A DNA stretch of 64,000 nucleotides from NCBI GenBank assembly GCA_030390025.1, contig CM059431.1, forward strand, positions 143,222,001 to 143,286,000, in the 5' to 3' direction. Numbering within the stretch: the first letter of the stretch is position 1; every line of letters starts with the position of its first letter. The notes under the pieces are model-generated. The model saw only the letters and a program-made list of their open reading frames with translations, had not been told where the DNA came from and searched no databases. The stretch comes from Squalus acanthias (Eukaryota). This document shows positions 25,496 to 37,879 of this stretch, in pieces. The translations under genes and the position numbers were made by a program.

Positions 25496-28175
25496 AGGGC
25501 TCAAGTCGTCGTTGTTAAAAATTCTCTGAAGCAACACAAGAAACGTCTTTGCATCGATTACTCGCAAACTATTAACCAGTATACCGACCTGGATGCCTAC
25601 CCACTACCACGCAACGATGACATGGTCAATAACCTTGCTAACTACAAGGTATTTTCAACTTTTGACTTAAAGAGCGCATACCATCAAGTACCGGTAAAGG
25701 AATCTGATGAAAGGTATACGGCTTTTGAGGCCAATGGTCTGCTTTACCAGTTTCGTCGCCTTCCATTCGGGGTCACCAATGGGGTGGCCGTCTTTCAACG
25801 GGCAATGGATAGCCTAGTCAAACAGGAGAACTTAACAGACAGCTTTTCCATATCTTGGTAATATCACCATTGCTGCTCATGATCAGAAGGAGCATGATGC
25901 CAACCTCCAGAAATTTCTTGACGTTCTCCGTCGTCGCATCTTAACCTTAAATGAGTTCAAATCTGTGAAATCAGTACCATCAGTCAACATCCTTGGCTAC
26001 TGGGTGGGCAATGGTGTCATCAAACCGGATCCGGAGTGACTTCATCCGCTTCAGGAGCTCCCTCCTCCTACGAATCTCAGCTCTCTTCGTCGGGCCCTCG
26101 ACATGTTCGCCTATTATGCGAAGTGGATACCTCACTTTCCTGACAACATCCAGCCCCTGCTTCATACAAAGTCATTTCCGTTGGAGGCGAGGGCTAGTTT
26201 AGCTTTCGACCTCCTCAAGCAACAACTGGAAAAAGCCGCTCTTCATTCCATCGATGAAAATTTCCCTTTTGTGGTCGAGTGCAATGCATCGGAGGTGGCG
26301 ATCTCTGCTACCTTGAATCAAGGCGGTCGACCCGTTGCCTTTCTGTCTAGAACTTTGCAGGGTAGCGACCTGCATTACCCTCCTGTCGAGAAGGAGGCTA
26401 TGGCTATCATTGAGGCACTATGTAAGTGGAGTTATTTTCTCGCCCGTCGCCATGTCACGCTCATAACCGATCAGTGCTCGGTGGCCTTTATGCTGGATAA
26501 CCGGAAATGCACTAAAATAAAGAATAACAAAATACAGCTCTGGAGGATGGAATTGGCCGCTTTTGACTACACCATACAATATCGACCCGGCAAGGAGAAT
26601 GTGGCCGTGGATACACTCATGCTTGCATTCTGCTCTTCCATATCAACTTCGACTCTTGCGGGTCTTCATACTGCCTTATGCCATCCTGGCGTTACCCATA
26701 TGTTGCACTTTGTGCGATCTAAAAATCTCACATTTTCTACGGAAGACATGAAAAGAACATGCTCCACTTGTAGAATTTGATCGGAATTAAAACCGCAATT
26801 CTTCCGTCCGTCGGATGGCTCACTCATACACGCTACACAGCCTATGCAGCGACCCTGCATTGACTTTAAAGGGCCATTGCCTTCCTCCACGCGAAACACC
26901 CACTTGCTTACTATGGTGGATGAATATTCACGCTTTCCCTTTGCTTTCCCCTGTCCCAATATGCTTACTTCCACAGTGATCAAATGCCTCGATCAGGCCT
27001 TTTCCCTTTGCGGTATGGCCAATTTCATCCACTCTGATCGGGGTCCCTCCTTCATGTCAAGTGAATTCAAAAGTTATCTTTCCCAACGGGGAATCACCAC
27101 AAGTAAATGGACACCGTATCATCCTATTGGAAACGGACAGGTTGAGAGATACAATGTGATCATTTGGAACACTGTTCGTCTTGCACTGAGATCACCCAAT
27201 CTACCAGACCAGCAGTGGGAAACTATGCTCCCTGACGCGTTGCATTCCATCAGGTCTCTTCTTTCTGCATCCACCAATGTTACTCCTCACGAACGATTCT
27301 TCGGGTTCCAGCGTCGCTCCACTCATGGGACGTCCTTACCATCATAGTTGGCAGCTCCTGGCTCCGTGCTGCTCCGAAGATTCGTCCGATCCTCCAAGAG
27401 TGATCCCCTCGTCGACCATGTGGAACTAATGGATGTCAATCCTACATACGCGTACGTGCGGTACCCTGATGGCTGGGAGTCCACAGTTTCACTTCGGGAT
27501 CTGGCTCCCTGCCCAACCGGTCCCACGGACCCAATCGATAGAGAGATCCGTATTAACGACGCCGATACTCCGCGCTCCTCCGAGGATGACGCCCTACCCG
27601 GCACATAAAGGGATCTACCAGCTACTTTGCTGGATCAACCCGGGGAACAGAGCGCTCCCCGCCGGATGGCCACACGAAGCCAGGACGCCGGTCAATCACC
27701 GGCTACTGAGCAGGATGAAGCCAGCTCTGCACCTGTGGTGGCTCGCACCCGGAGCCAAGGTCTCCCCAGTCCCCCTCAGGTCGATCCAGGCGACACGAGC
27801 TCTGTCAGCCCGCCGGTACGAACCAAGTGACCCAGCGACCAAAACACAGTCCGAGGAGACGTGCCTTCCGGCCTCCAACGGAAATCCAAAGGACTGCATC
27901 TAATCTTAGTCCAGCTAATTCGGTAGAAGGAAGCCGCTGGACTTCCAATCTTTCAGGCGGGAAGAATGACATCAATCTTGTATGAAGTAATACTGGGTGG
28001 CCTGCTGGTGGCGCTGTCCAGGGAGAGTATAAATACTAGTGCATGAGCCCAACTTGCTTAGGGTATGCCTCAACTGGAACTAGTAAAGGACAGAACTAGA
28101 TCTCCATGTTGAAAACCAGTTGATTAAAGCTTTGTTTAACACTTAGACCAAGTGCCTAGTAGTTTTCTTACATCA
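25496..28175 (+). mobile_element. 5'-truncated, decayed Ty3/Gypsy LTR retrotransposon (RT, RNase H, integrase, 3' LTR)
   Basis: RT: RLCIDY...DAYPLP, FDLKSAYHQ, LPFGVTN. RNase H: VVECNAS, EKEAMAII. Integrase: IDFKGPLP, HSDRGPSF, GNGQVERYN. Polypurine tract AGGCGGGAAGAA at 27955-27966. Several stops and frameshifts. Confidence 0.92.
27967..28175 (+). repeat. 3' LTR of the Gypsy element (about 209 bp)
   Basis: Starts with TG right after the PPT, ends ...TTACATCA, and contains TATAAATA and ATTAAA. Confidence 0.7.
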
Positions 28176-29443
28176 ATAAGTATATTAAGAGCAAGAGGAT
28201 AACCAGGGAAAGAGTAGGGCCCATTAGGGACCAAAGTGGCAATCTGTGTGTAGAGCCGGAAGATGTAGGTGAGGTTTTAAATGAATATTTTGTATCTGTG
28301 TTCACTATGGAGAAGGACGATGTAGGCATAGAAATCAGGCAGGGGGATTGTGATGTACTTGAACAAATTAGTATTGAGAGGGAGGAGGTACTAGCGGTTT
28401 TAGCAGGCTTAAAAGTGGATAAATCCCCAGGCCCTGACGGGATGTATCCAAGGCTGCTTTATGAGGCAAGGGAGGAGATTGCAGGGGCTCTGACACAAAT
28501 TTTCAGAACCTCTCTGGCCACAGGGGAGGTGCCAGAGGACTGGAGGACAGCTAACATAGCACTATTATTCAAGAAGGGTAGTAGGGATAAATCAGGGAAT
28601 TACAGGGCAGTGAGCCTAACATCAGTGGTAGGGAAATTATTGGAAGCAATTCTGAGGGACAGAATTAGTCTCCACTTGGAGAGGTAGGGATTAATCAGCG
28701 GTAGTCAGCATGGCTTTGCCAGGGGGAGATCATGTCTGATCAATTTGATTGGATTTTTCGAGTCGGTGACTAGGTGTGTGGATTAGGGTAGTGCAGTTGA
28801 TGTAGTCTACATTGAATTCAGTAAGGCATTTAACAAAGTCCCATATGGGAGACTGGTCAAGAAGGTAAGAGTCCATGGGATTCAGGGCAATTTGGCATGT
28901 TGGTTCCACAATTGACTTACTGGCAGGAGGCTGAGGGTGATGATCGAAGGTTGTTTTGGTGACTGGAAGCCTGTGTCCAGTGGTGTACCGCAGGGATCGC
29001 CGCTGGGTACATTGCTGTTTGTAGTGTACATTAATGATTTAGATATGAATGTCGGAGGTATGATCAGTAAGTTCGCAGATGACACAAAAATTGGTGGATT
29101 GTTAAATAGCGTGGAGGGAAGCCTCAGGCAACAGGACGATATAGACGGTATGGTTAGATTGTCAGAACTGTTGCAATTGGAATTTAACACTGAAAAGTGA
29201 AAGGTGATGCATTTTGGGAGTACAAACAAGGCAAGGGAATACACAATGAATGGTAGGATCCTAGGAATTACAGAGGATCAGTGTGACCTTGGTGTGCATG
29301 TATATAGATCCCTGAAGGCTGCAGGACAGGTCGACAAGGTGGTTAAAAAGGCATATGGGATACTTGCCTTCATTAGCCGAGGCATAAAATATAAGTGAGA
29401 AGTCGCACAACACCAGGTTATAGTCCAACAGATTTATTTAATT

Positions 29444-29481
29444 TTACAAGCTTTCGGAGCTATCGCTCCTTCGTCAGGTAA
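29444..29481 (-). ncRNA. Mirror copy of the hammerhead ribozyme in the left Penelope arm
   Basis: Exact reverse complement of 31215-31252. Confidence 0.8.
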
Positions 29482-30342
29482 GTTAGCAATGAGAGAATCT
29501 CCCAGAATTCACAATTTAAACCCAGACAAAATCTATTCACATTATTCGCTACAACAAAGAGCACAGCCAAGACAATGAGATGTGTCCCAGGGGGTCCAGC
29601 GTGTCAAACCACCTGCTGGCTGCATATCCTGTCAATTTGTGTTCTTGTGTTTTTAAAAAAAAAACAAAAACAAAAACAAAAAAAAAAAAAACACCTGGGA
29701 AGACCGGCCATGATGTCAAGTCACGTTCTGTATCGTGACATGAACCCGATATCGCGATTGAGGCCATCCTCATGAGTGCGGAACTTGGCTATCAGTTTCT
29801 GCTCTATGATTTTGCGCTGTCGTGTATCTCGAAGGCCGCCTTGGAGAACGCTTACCCGCAGATCCGAGGCTGAATGCCCCTGGCTGCTGAAGTGTTCCCC
29901 GACTGGGAGGCAACCCTCCTGCCTGGCGATTGTTGCGCGGTGTCCGTTCATACGTTGTCTCAGTGTCTGCATGGTCTCGCCGATGTACCATGCTCTGGAG
30001 CATCCTTTACTGCAACGTATCAGGTAGACAACGTTGGCCGAGTCACATGAGTATGTACCGTGTACCTGGTGGGTAGTGTCCTCACGTGTAATGATGGTAT
30101 CTGTGTCCATGATTTGGCATGTCTTGCAGAGGTTGCCGTGGCAGGGTTGTGTGGTGTCTTGGTTGCTGTTCTCCTGAAAGATGGGTAATCTGCTGCGAAC
30201 GATGGTACTTTTGAGGTTAGGCGGCTGCTTGAAGGCGAGTAGTGGAGGCGTGGGGATGGCCTTAGCAAGGTGTTCGTCGTCATCGATGACATGTTGAAGG
30301 CTGCGAAGAACATGGCGTAGTTTTTCCGCTCCGGGGAAGTCC

Positions 30343-30975
30343 TACGTCGTCCAGTACTTCCCCGGAGCGGAAAAACTACGCCATGTTCTTCGCAGCCTTC
30401 AACATGTCATCGATGACGACGAACACCTTGCTAAGGCCATCCCCACGCCTCCACTACTTGCCTTCAAGCAGCCGCCTAACCTCAAAAGTACCATCGTTCG
30501 CAGCAGATTACCCATCTTTCAGGAGAACAGCAACCAAGACACCACACAACCCTGCCACGGCAACCTCTGCAAGACATGCCAAATCATGGACACAGATACC
30601 ATCATTACACGTGAGGACACTACCCACCAGGTACACGGTACATACTCATGTGACTCGGCCAACGTTGTCTACCTGATACGTTGCAGTAAAGGATGCTCCA
30701 GAGCATGGTACATCGGCGAGACCATGCAGACACTGAGACAACGTATGAACGGACACCGCGCAACAATCGCCAGGCAGGAGGGTTGCCTCCCAGTCGGGGA
30801 ACACTTCAGCAGCCAGGGGCATTCAGCCTCGGATCTGCGGGTAAGCGTTCTCCAAGGCGGCCTTCGAGATACACGACAGCGCAAAATCATAGAGCAGAAA
30901 CTGATAGCCAAGTTCCGCACTCATGAGGATGGCCTCAATCGCGATATCGGGTTCATGTCACGATACAGAACGTGA
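30343..30975 (+). CDS. Penelope GIY-YIG endonuclease domain with a Cys-rich linker (fragment; mirror copy on - at 29721-30340)
   Basis: PPLLAFKQPPNL, CHGNLCKTC, NVVYLIRC...WYIGET...RQRMNGH, VGEHF, EQKLI and GLN. Confidence 0.9.
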   Translation, partial: YVVQYFPGAEKLRHVLRSLQHVIDDDEHLAKAIPTPPLLAFKQPPNLKSTIVRSRLPIFQENSNQDTTQPCHGNLCKTCQIMDTDTIITREDTTHQVHGTYSCDSANVVYLIRCSKGCSRAWYIGETMQTLRQRMNGHRATIARQEGCLPVGEHFSSQGHSASDLRVSVLQGGLRDTRQRKIIEQKLIAKFRTHEDGLNRDIGFMSRYRT

Positions 30976-31214
30976 CTTGACATCATGGCCGGTCTTCCCA
31001 GGTGTTTTTTTTTTTTTTGTTTTTGTTTTTGTTTTTTTTTTAAAAACACAAGAACACAAATTGACAGGATATGCAGCCAGCAGGTGGTTTGACACGCTGG
31101 ACCCCCTGGGACACATCTCATTGTCTTGGCTGTGCTCTTTGTTGTAGCGAATAATGTGAATAGATTTTGTCTGGGTTTAAATTGTGAATTCTGGGAGATT
31201 CTCTCATTGCTAAC

Positions 31215-31252
31215 TTACCTGACGAAGGAGCGATAGCTCCGAAAGCTTGTAA
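31215..31252 (+). ncRNA. Minimal type-I hammerhead ribozyme in the Penelope pLTR
   Basis: UUAC-CUGACGA-A-GGAGC(GAUA)GCUCC-GAAA-GC-UU-GUAA. Stem I is UUAC/GUAA, the core is CUGANGA plus GAAA, and the palindromic AGCU forms stem III. Confidence 0.8.
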
Positions 31253-31894
31253 AATTAAATAAATCTGTTGGACTATAACCTGGTGTTGTGCGACTTCTCA
31301 TTTTTGTCCACCCCAGTCCAACGCCGGCATCTCCACATCATAAAATATAAGAGCAGGGAGGTTATGATGGAGCTGTACAAAACGCTAGTTAGGTCACGGC
31401 TGGAATACTGTGTGCAGTTCTGTTCACCACACTATATGACGGATGTGATTGCATTGGAGAGGGAGCATAGTAGTTTCACAAGGATGTTACCTGGGCTGGA
31501 GCGCTTCAGCTATGAGGAGAGACTGGACAGGCTGGGATTGTTTTCCTTGGAGAAGAGAAGGCTGAGGGGGGACCTGATTGAGGTGTACAAAATTATGAGG
31601 GGCATAGATAGGGTAGGTAGAAAGGAACTTGTCCCCTTAGTAGAGCGGTCAATAACCAGGGGGCATAGTTTCAAGATAAGGAGCAGGAGGTTTAGAGGGG
31701 ATTTGAGGAAAAAACTTTTCACCCAGAGGGTGGTTGGAATCTGGAACTCACTGCCTGAAAGGGTGGTAGAGGCAGGAAACCTCACAACATTCAAGAAGTA
31801 TTTAGATGAGCACTTGAAACGCCATAGCATACAAGGCTACGGACCAAGTGCTGGAAAATGGGATTAGAATATACACGGCTTGATGGCCAGCGCT

Positions 31895-33195
31895 TTGAAG
31901 GAGCACAGTCACTAATAGTGTAAATGTAGGAGTATCACTAGTATCGGAGGAGCACTGTTATTTCCAGTGTAATTATAGGGGTACCACTAATGCAAGAGCA
32001 TCATGGTCACACCTAGTTTAAGTGTAGCGGTACTACTTGTACCGGAGGAGCACGGTCACCGCTAGTGTTAGTGTAGGTTAGCACTAGTGTAGAATGAGCA
32101 TTGTCAACACTAGTGTTAGTGTAGGTTACCACCAGTTTAGGAGGAGCACGGTTTACATTAGTGTAAGTGTAAGTTACCACTAGTGTAGGTAGAACACGGT
32201 CAACACTAGTGTTAGTGTAGTGATTCCACGAGCACCTGAGGAGGACGGTGACTGTAAGTGTAAGTGTAGGCATGCCACTAGTGAATGCTCCTCTGTAGTA
32301 TAAGTGTATGTACAACAAGTACCAGAGGAGCAAGGTCACATAAAGTGCCAGCACATCTTTTTGAGCAGCACGTGTACGTGTCGGGGACCACAAGTACGGG
32401 AGGAGCACGGTTAAATCTGGTCTTAGTGTAGGGGTATCACTAGTACCGAAGGAGCACAGTCAAACTTAATGTAAATATAGGGATACCACTAGTACAGGAG
32501 GAGCACAGTCACATCTAGTGTAAGTGTAGGGTTTCCACTGGTACTGGAGGAAAATTTTCACCACTGGTGTAATTTTACTGATACCACTATTACCAGAGGA
32601 GCTTGCACAAATCTAGTGTAAGTGTAGGGGTAGCACTGGGACAGGATGGGCACGATCACATCTAGTGTAAGTGTAGGGGTAGCACTGGGACAGGAGGAAC
32701 ACGATCACATCTAGTGTAAGTGTAGGGGTAAAACTGGGCCATGTGGGGCACGGTCACATCTAGTGTCAGTGTAGGGGTAACACTGGGACAGGAAGGGCAC
32801 GGTCACATCTAGTGTAAGTGTAGGGATAACACTGGGACAGGAGGGGCACGGTCACATCTAGTGTATGTGTAGTGGTAACACTGGGACAGGAGGGACACGG
32901 TCACATCTAGTCTCAGTGTAGGGGTAACACTGGGACAGGAAGGGCACGGTCACATCTAGTGTCAGTGTAGGGATAACACTGGGACAGGAGGAGCACATGC
33001 TCATATAGTGTATGAGGGGGGTTTCCACTAGTACCGGAGGAGCTCTGCCAATAGTAGTGCTAGTGTAGTGCTACCACTATTACCATAGCAGCACGTTCAA
33101 CTCCAGTGTAGGCATGTTACTAGTGCCTGATGAGTACGGACACATCTAGCGTAAGTGTACAGTGCCAGTAGCCCAGGAGGAGAACTGTCACCTCG
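31895..33195 (-). repeat. Receptor-associated minisatellite of about 49 bp upstream of gene 3 (reverse orientation)
   Basis: CACGGTCACATCTAGTGTAAGTGTAGGGGTAACACTGGGACAGGAGGGG units are the reverse complement of the gene 1 array. Confidence 0.93.
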
Positions 33196-33475
33196 AATGC
33201 TGCCGGACTGGGTTCATCACCAATATCGCACGATGTGATTCTGGAGGAGTTGGTGCACTAGGAATGAATCAAGGGAAGGGTCATGACAATTATTGCCTGG
33301 GAAGCTGCCTTCAACAGGCCTGTAGGAATAGGGTCAGAAATAGTCCTTGGAGAATGCACTTCATACACGTAGACAATGTTTTAAATCTGCATTTTTTTTG
33401 TAATTGTCCAACAACAATTTCACATATTTCTCTTAAACTGACGTATCAGATAAAAAAACAACTTACCTGAGTCTA

Positions 33476-33555
33476 TTTGTTAAATGACTGTAACTAATGC
33501 TAATTATGATTTAACCTGATTTACTCGCTGGAGAATTGATGTGTGTATAAATATA
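33476..33555 (+). promoter_or_regulatory. Putative proximal promoter of gene 3
   Basis: TTTGTTAAATGACTGTAACTAATGC at 33476-33500, then TAATTA, ACCTGAT, TCGCTGGAG and TATAAATATA at 33546-33555. Confidence 0.65.
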
Positions 33556-33632
33556 GGTTCCCTTCCATTGCCCCAGCCGTGCGCCAGTCAGAGTCTTTCA
33601 ATTCCTACAGAATTCATCCATTCTCACAGAAA

Positions 33633-34992
33633 ATGGGGCGAACAATTATTCTGCTGAGCACAGAGTTTTACTACCCGATTCTCGCGGCCGTCGGTGTCCC
33701 CGGTGAGCCATGGTAGCCTGTTTTTTGTTAATCGGTGTTAATTGTATTCATGTACATACAGCCTGTTTGATAAGATAACGAGTTTTCCAGATTTCAGCAG
33801 TATACAAATCCGATAACCTCACTGATGTTGCAATGTTCTTTGAAGCTCCAACACAAGGATTTCAGCAGATTTCCGGACCGTCTTGTCTCCCCGTGAAAAG
33901 TGAGCGCTGCAGTAGCTCATTAAAATGTGTGGGTCGTTTTTTCACGCAATGGTTCCAAAGCTAATCCTGTTCTCACACTGCTCCCTATTGATAATCACAC
34001 TGAATGGATTAAATTGCTCACCACAGGATCTCCATATATATTTCAATCAGACACTGGGATATTATTTCTCTCCTCTCTTTTTTACAGCGAATTTGGTGAC
34101 AATTGTGATTCTCTCCCGAGGAAACTGCGGCCTTTCCAAGTGTATCTCTGTCTACATGGTGGCCATGGCAACAGCAGATCTACTGGTCATGACAGTCAAT
34201 GTAATAGTGTGTCATATTTTCAATTATCGCTTTCCACTTTCATTCCTATCCCAGACTCCCGTGTGTAAGTTCATTCTATACATGACTGCTATCAACCTCG
34301 ATTTGTCTGTTTGGTTCACCGTCTCCTTCACATTTGACCGATTTGTAGTTATCTGCTGCCAGAAGTTTAAAGCAAAGTACTGCACCGAGAGAACTGCATC
34401 CGCGGTTATCACAGCGTTCACGGTCCTGATCCTTTTAAGGGGTATCCACATTTTGTTTGCATTTGAACCACAGCAAATAATTAACAAGGTGCAGTGGGGC
34501 TGCCGGAACAGTGTGACTTTTGTTTCCTCACCTCCAGGTGTTGCCTACATCTGGTTTCACAGCGCCTGGAGCGTTTGGCTTCCTTTTACTTTAATTGCCT
34601 TGTTAAATTATTTGACAGTCAGACGTATTTTAGTGGCCAGCAGAGCCCGCAGAGGACTCCGGGGTCACAGGAGTGAAAATCAGAGCGATACCGAGATGGA
34701 GAACCGAAGGAAATCCATCATTTTACTTTTTACTATATCCGGCAGTTTTATATTGCTGTGGCTGACAACTGCCGTGAGTTTTGTAACTACCAGACTGAAA
34801 AACACCACCTATTACCGAGGTGACCGCACAGACCCTGGATATATCGCCACTGAAACCGGAACAATGTTGAAGTTTTTGAGTTGCTTTCAAAACCCGTGTA
34901 TTTATGTAGCGACCCAGAGGAAATTCAGAGAAGAGCTGAAGAAGTTGGCAAAATCCCCCTGGGCACTAATTCTGAAATTAGTTAGAAAATGA
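33633..34992 (+). CDS. GPR139/GPR142-like class A GPCR, gene 3, intact, 324 aa. Exon 1 33633..33702, exon 2 34088..34992
   Basis: Exon 1 encodes MGRTIILLSTEFYYPILAAVGVP plus G, then GTGAG; the acceptor is TTTACAG. 70+905=975 nt in frame. Motifs are TFDRFV, FILLW and NPCIY. Confidence 0.92.
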
Positions 34993-37879
34993 GCATTAAA
35001 TTAATCAATCAAACGAAGGCTTCCTCATAACTAAATCCCCATTTCAACTCCTTTTTCACAATAGAACGTCCTTCTTTCCGGTAATGTGAAAATGGGAGAG
35101 AACTTGTGTAAACATTTCTTCCATTTTGCAGCATGTGTTTGATGTCTGTAATGCTTAATTTTTCATGCTTCTTTCGTTGAGTAAACACATCCTATTCCTG
35201 CAAATTAAGCAAAGTTCAAGTTCAGGAATCAAAGATAACAATGATGAGATTCAGCAGTGGAGTCGGACATGTGAGCAACAGATGAATCCACCTTACACTG
35301 CAGATACTGGGATCGGGCGCGCCCCTTTAAAATCATCAACAACGTTTCATTCGGAGCCGAAACAATTAAAGGTATTGCGATCGCCGATATTGGTAACTTT
35401 CCTGGATGTTTGGTGTGAATATTGCAGGCGCGGGTCACTCTATCGGACTCCATTCCTCATTGACAAATAGAGCGGGCTCTTCTCACGTGATCAGTGTTCG
35501 AATGAAGGAAACAGGCGGAACTCGGCTCATCGATGTGACCTTTCACCTCTTTTGTCCCAGATACTGACATAAAATCTCGATAGTTCACTGACTGGTGTCT
35601 CTCGCTCAGCACAAAGATGGAGTCTGCGCTTGTTTTGTGCAATCGATAAAATTATTGATATTCTGTCTCAATCAGTCTCTCAAACAAAGGTGTAAAGGAA
35701 TGTAAAATGAATGACTTTTCATAAAGTAATTACTTATTACATTTGTAACAAGTGATCTGTTAAAAACACTGCCAGAAATTCAGATAAAATACAACTAATA
35801 TTAATTATTCTGTGTTTGAATGAATATTTGCAGACGGTCAGAAAAAATCTTTTGTAATTACCGTTTTATTCTGCGGTTACACATTGTTCAAATAATAATT
35901 GAAAAATCACAGCAACTTTGAATCCGTTACAAATTGTTCATCGGTAAATCGCCCGATTGTGCGAGAAACGTCAAGGAATGGGAGCAGGCTAACAATGGGA
36001 AGGAGCTGCAGGGTATGGATGGACAGCAAGCGATTGGGATCAAAATATTCAATTCGTCGAAAGTTCATAAGCAAACCTACAGAAATTACTGTTTTATACA
36101 CAGGGACATTGATCACAAGAATAAACAAGTGATGACGAATCTTTACACCATACTGGTGAGGCCACCGTTAGAAAACCAGTACAGCTTTACCCCCACATTT
36201 TGGAAAGGCCATTAAATCCACTGCGAGCGGGCAGTGTTGATACACCAGGATGGTGCCATGGATCAGAACTATACTGGTTATGGGGGGCAAGATATTTGGA
36301 CTATTACCACTGGAGCAGTGAAAGCTAAGAGGTGATTTAATAGAGGATTTATAAATTATCAACAGTTTCGATAGAGTGAAGAGGGAGAGATCATTCCATC
36401 TAGTTGGAGAGCGAACCATAAAGGGTGATCGATTTTAAATGGTCACAAAGGGAATCAGCAGAGTTTAGCAGAAAGTTCTTTATGCAAAGGGTTGCTGGAA
36501 CTGGAACGTTTTGCTTCAGAGAATAGTTAATGGAAAATTAGAAAAGTGTTTGAAACAGAGGAAAATAAACAGTCGTGGAGAGAGGAGGAAAATGTGGATA
36601 GTTTTCGATTGCTGTATCAAAGAACTCAGTAGAGATAGAATTGGTCACATAACCTACTCCCACCAAGTAATTTTTTATGGTTTGTAGTGTTACCTATTTT
36701 CGTTTTATTTTAATTGTTTTTGTTTCTAAATTACCCTCATCGCCGTTGAGATTATATTTTAGAAAACATTAAAAATAAACTGGTACCAAGGAAGATCCCA
36801 GAGGTTCAATAGTCACCCGTCCCTTACAGGTTCCCATTTGTCGATAATCTAGTATCATTTTGTAATGAGCTGTCTGTGAAGAGCCAGATCTCCCACCCAT
36901 CCCATAATTCCTCACCGTTTGTAGATGTGGAACCTTGTCCGCTGCTTCGCTAAAATCAGACTAGGTCGTTCCAACTGCCTTTCCCCTGCCCTACAGGACA
37001 GTGATGTGTTTCAGAAACTCCAGCAGGTTAGTTAAAGATGACACATCGTCCCTCAAACCAAGATAATTCTGTTTTACTTTCCTCCTTTCCCAGGTGCTCA
37101 CTCGCTGGATCTCTCCTGGCCTTGTTTTAAACACTGGGATTATTTCAGGCGCTGTCGGATCTTCAGGAATCTTCTTTAATTGAGGAAACTTGCTGCAGTG
37201 CCAGTAAAGCGTCATCCTGTCAGTCTCCATTCCTTTATTTCGCCGTGCCTGGGTCCCTGGATTCCAGATTCACAATTTCCATTTGAAAATCGCCTTATCG
37301 CTGCCGTTCCAACAATCACTCCTTCGATGATTCACTTGTGCTATACTCGGGACACTAATTAAACGGTCTTATTTAAACATTATAGTCTACGTGCTTAATG
37401 CTTTATATTCTGAAATATCTTTGCCTTTATCCATAATATTACCCCTATATAATGATTGGACCTCTGGTACATTTTATTCTTTTTTAAATGGATTAATACA
37501 TTTTAATTCCACACTCCAGTGCCGGAGTCCCACACGCACAAAGGTGGTTTATAACAAATTATGGATGCACTTCCTCAGCTTTCATTCCTTTGATAATAAT
37601 GGGCGGAAGATCGCGCGCAATGCAAGATGTGTAGAATCATAGAGCAGAGACAGAAGCCATTCGGCCTGTTGTGCTTCTGCCGGCTCTTGGAAATAGGCAG
37701 TCAATTAGTCCAACTCCCCTACTCTTCCCCCATCGACCATCAAACATAGGTACATAGGATCGGGAGGAGGTCATTTACCCCCTCGAGCCTGTTCCGCTAT
37801 TCAATGAGGTTTCGTCTGAACAAACTTTGTTTTTTCAAGTATGAATCCTAATCGCTTTTGAAAGCTACTATTTTATAAA

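Larger units (their letters stand above)
29396..31338. mobile_element. Penelope-like element (Neptune type), 5'-truncated head-to-head inverted insertion
   Basis: 29396-30340 is the reverse complement of 30356-31300. A 13-bp target duplication CATAAAATATAAG lies at 29383-29395 and 31339-31351. A 38-nt 3' extension is present only on the right arm. Confidence 0.93.
28176..31890 (+). mobile_element. CR1 LINE (ORF2 part), split by the Penelope insertion
   Basis: KSPGPDGMYPRLL, SGVPQGS, KFADDTK and ISRGIKYK, then resuming KYKSREVMMELYKTLVR after 31339. Confidence 0.93.

Noticed and set aside
32013..32408. Thr/Val-rich 131-aa ORF
   Set aside because: It is a translation of minisatellite units.
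33925..34087. N-terminal extensions of the GPCR ORFs in the track (also 21231-21336 and 45989-46151)
   Set aside because: These are intronic read-through. They are not conserved in frame between paralogs, and true 70-nt first exons with canonical splice sites lie upstream.
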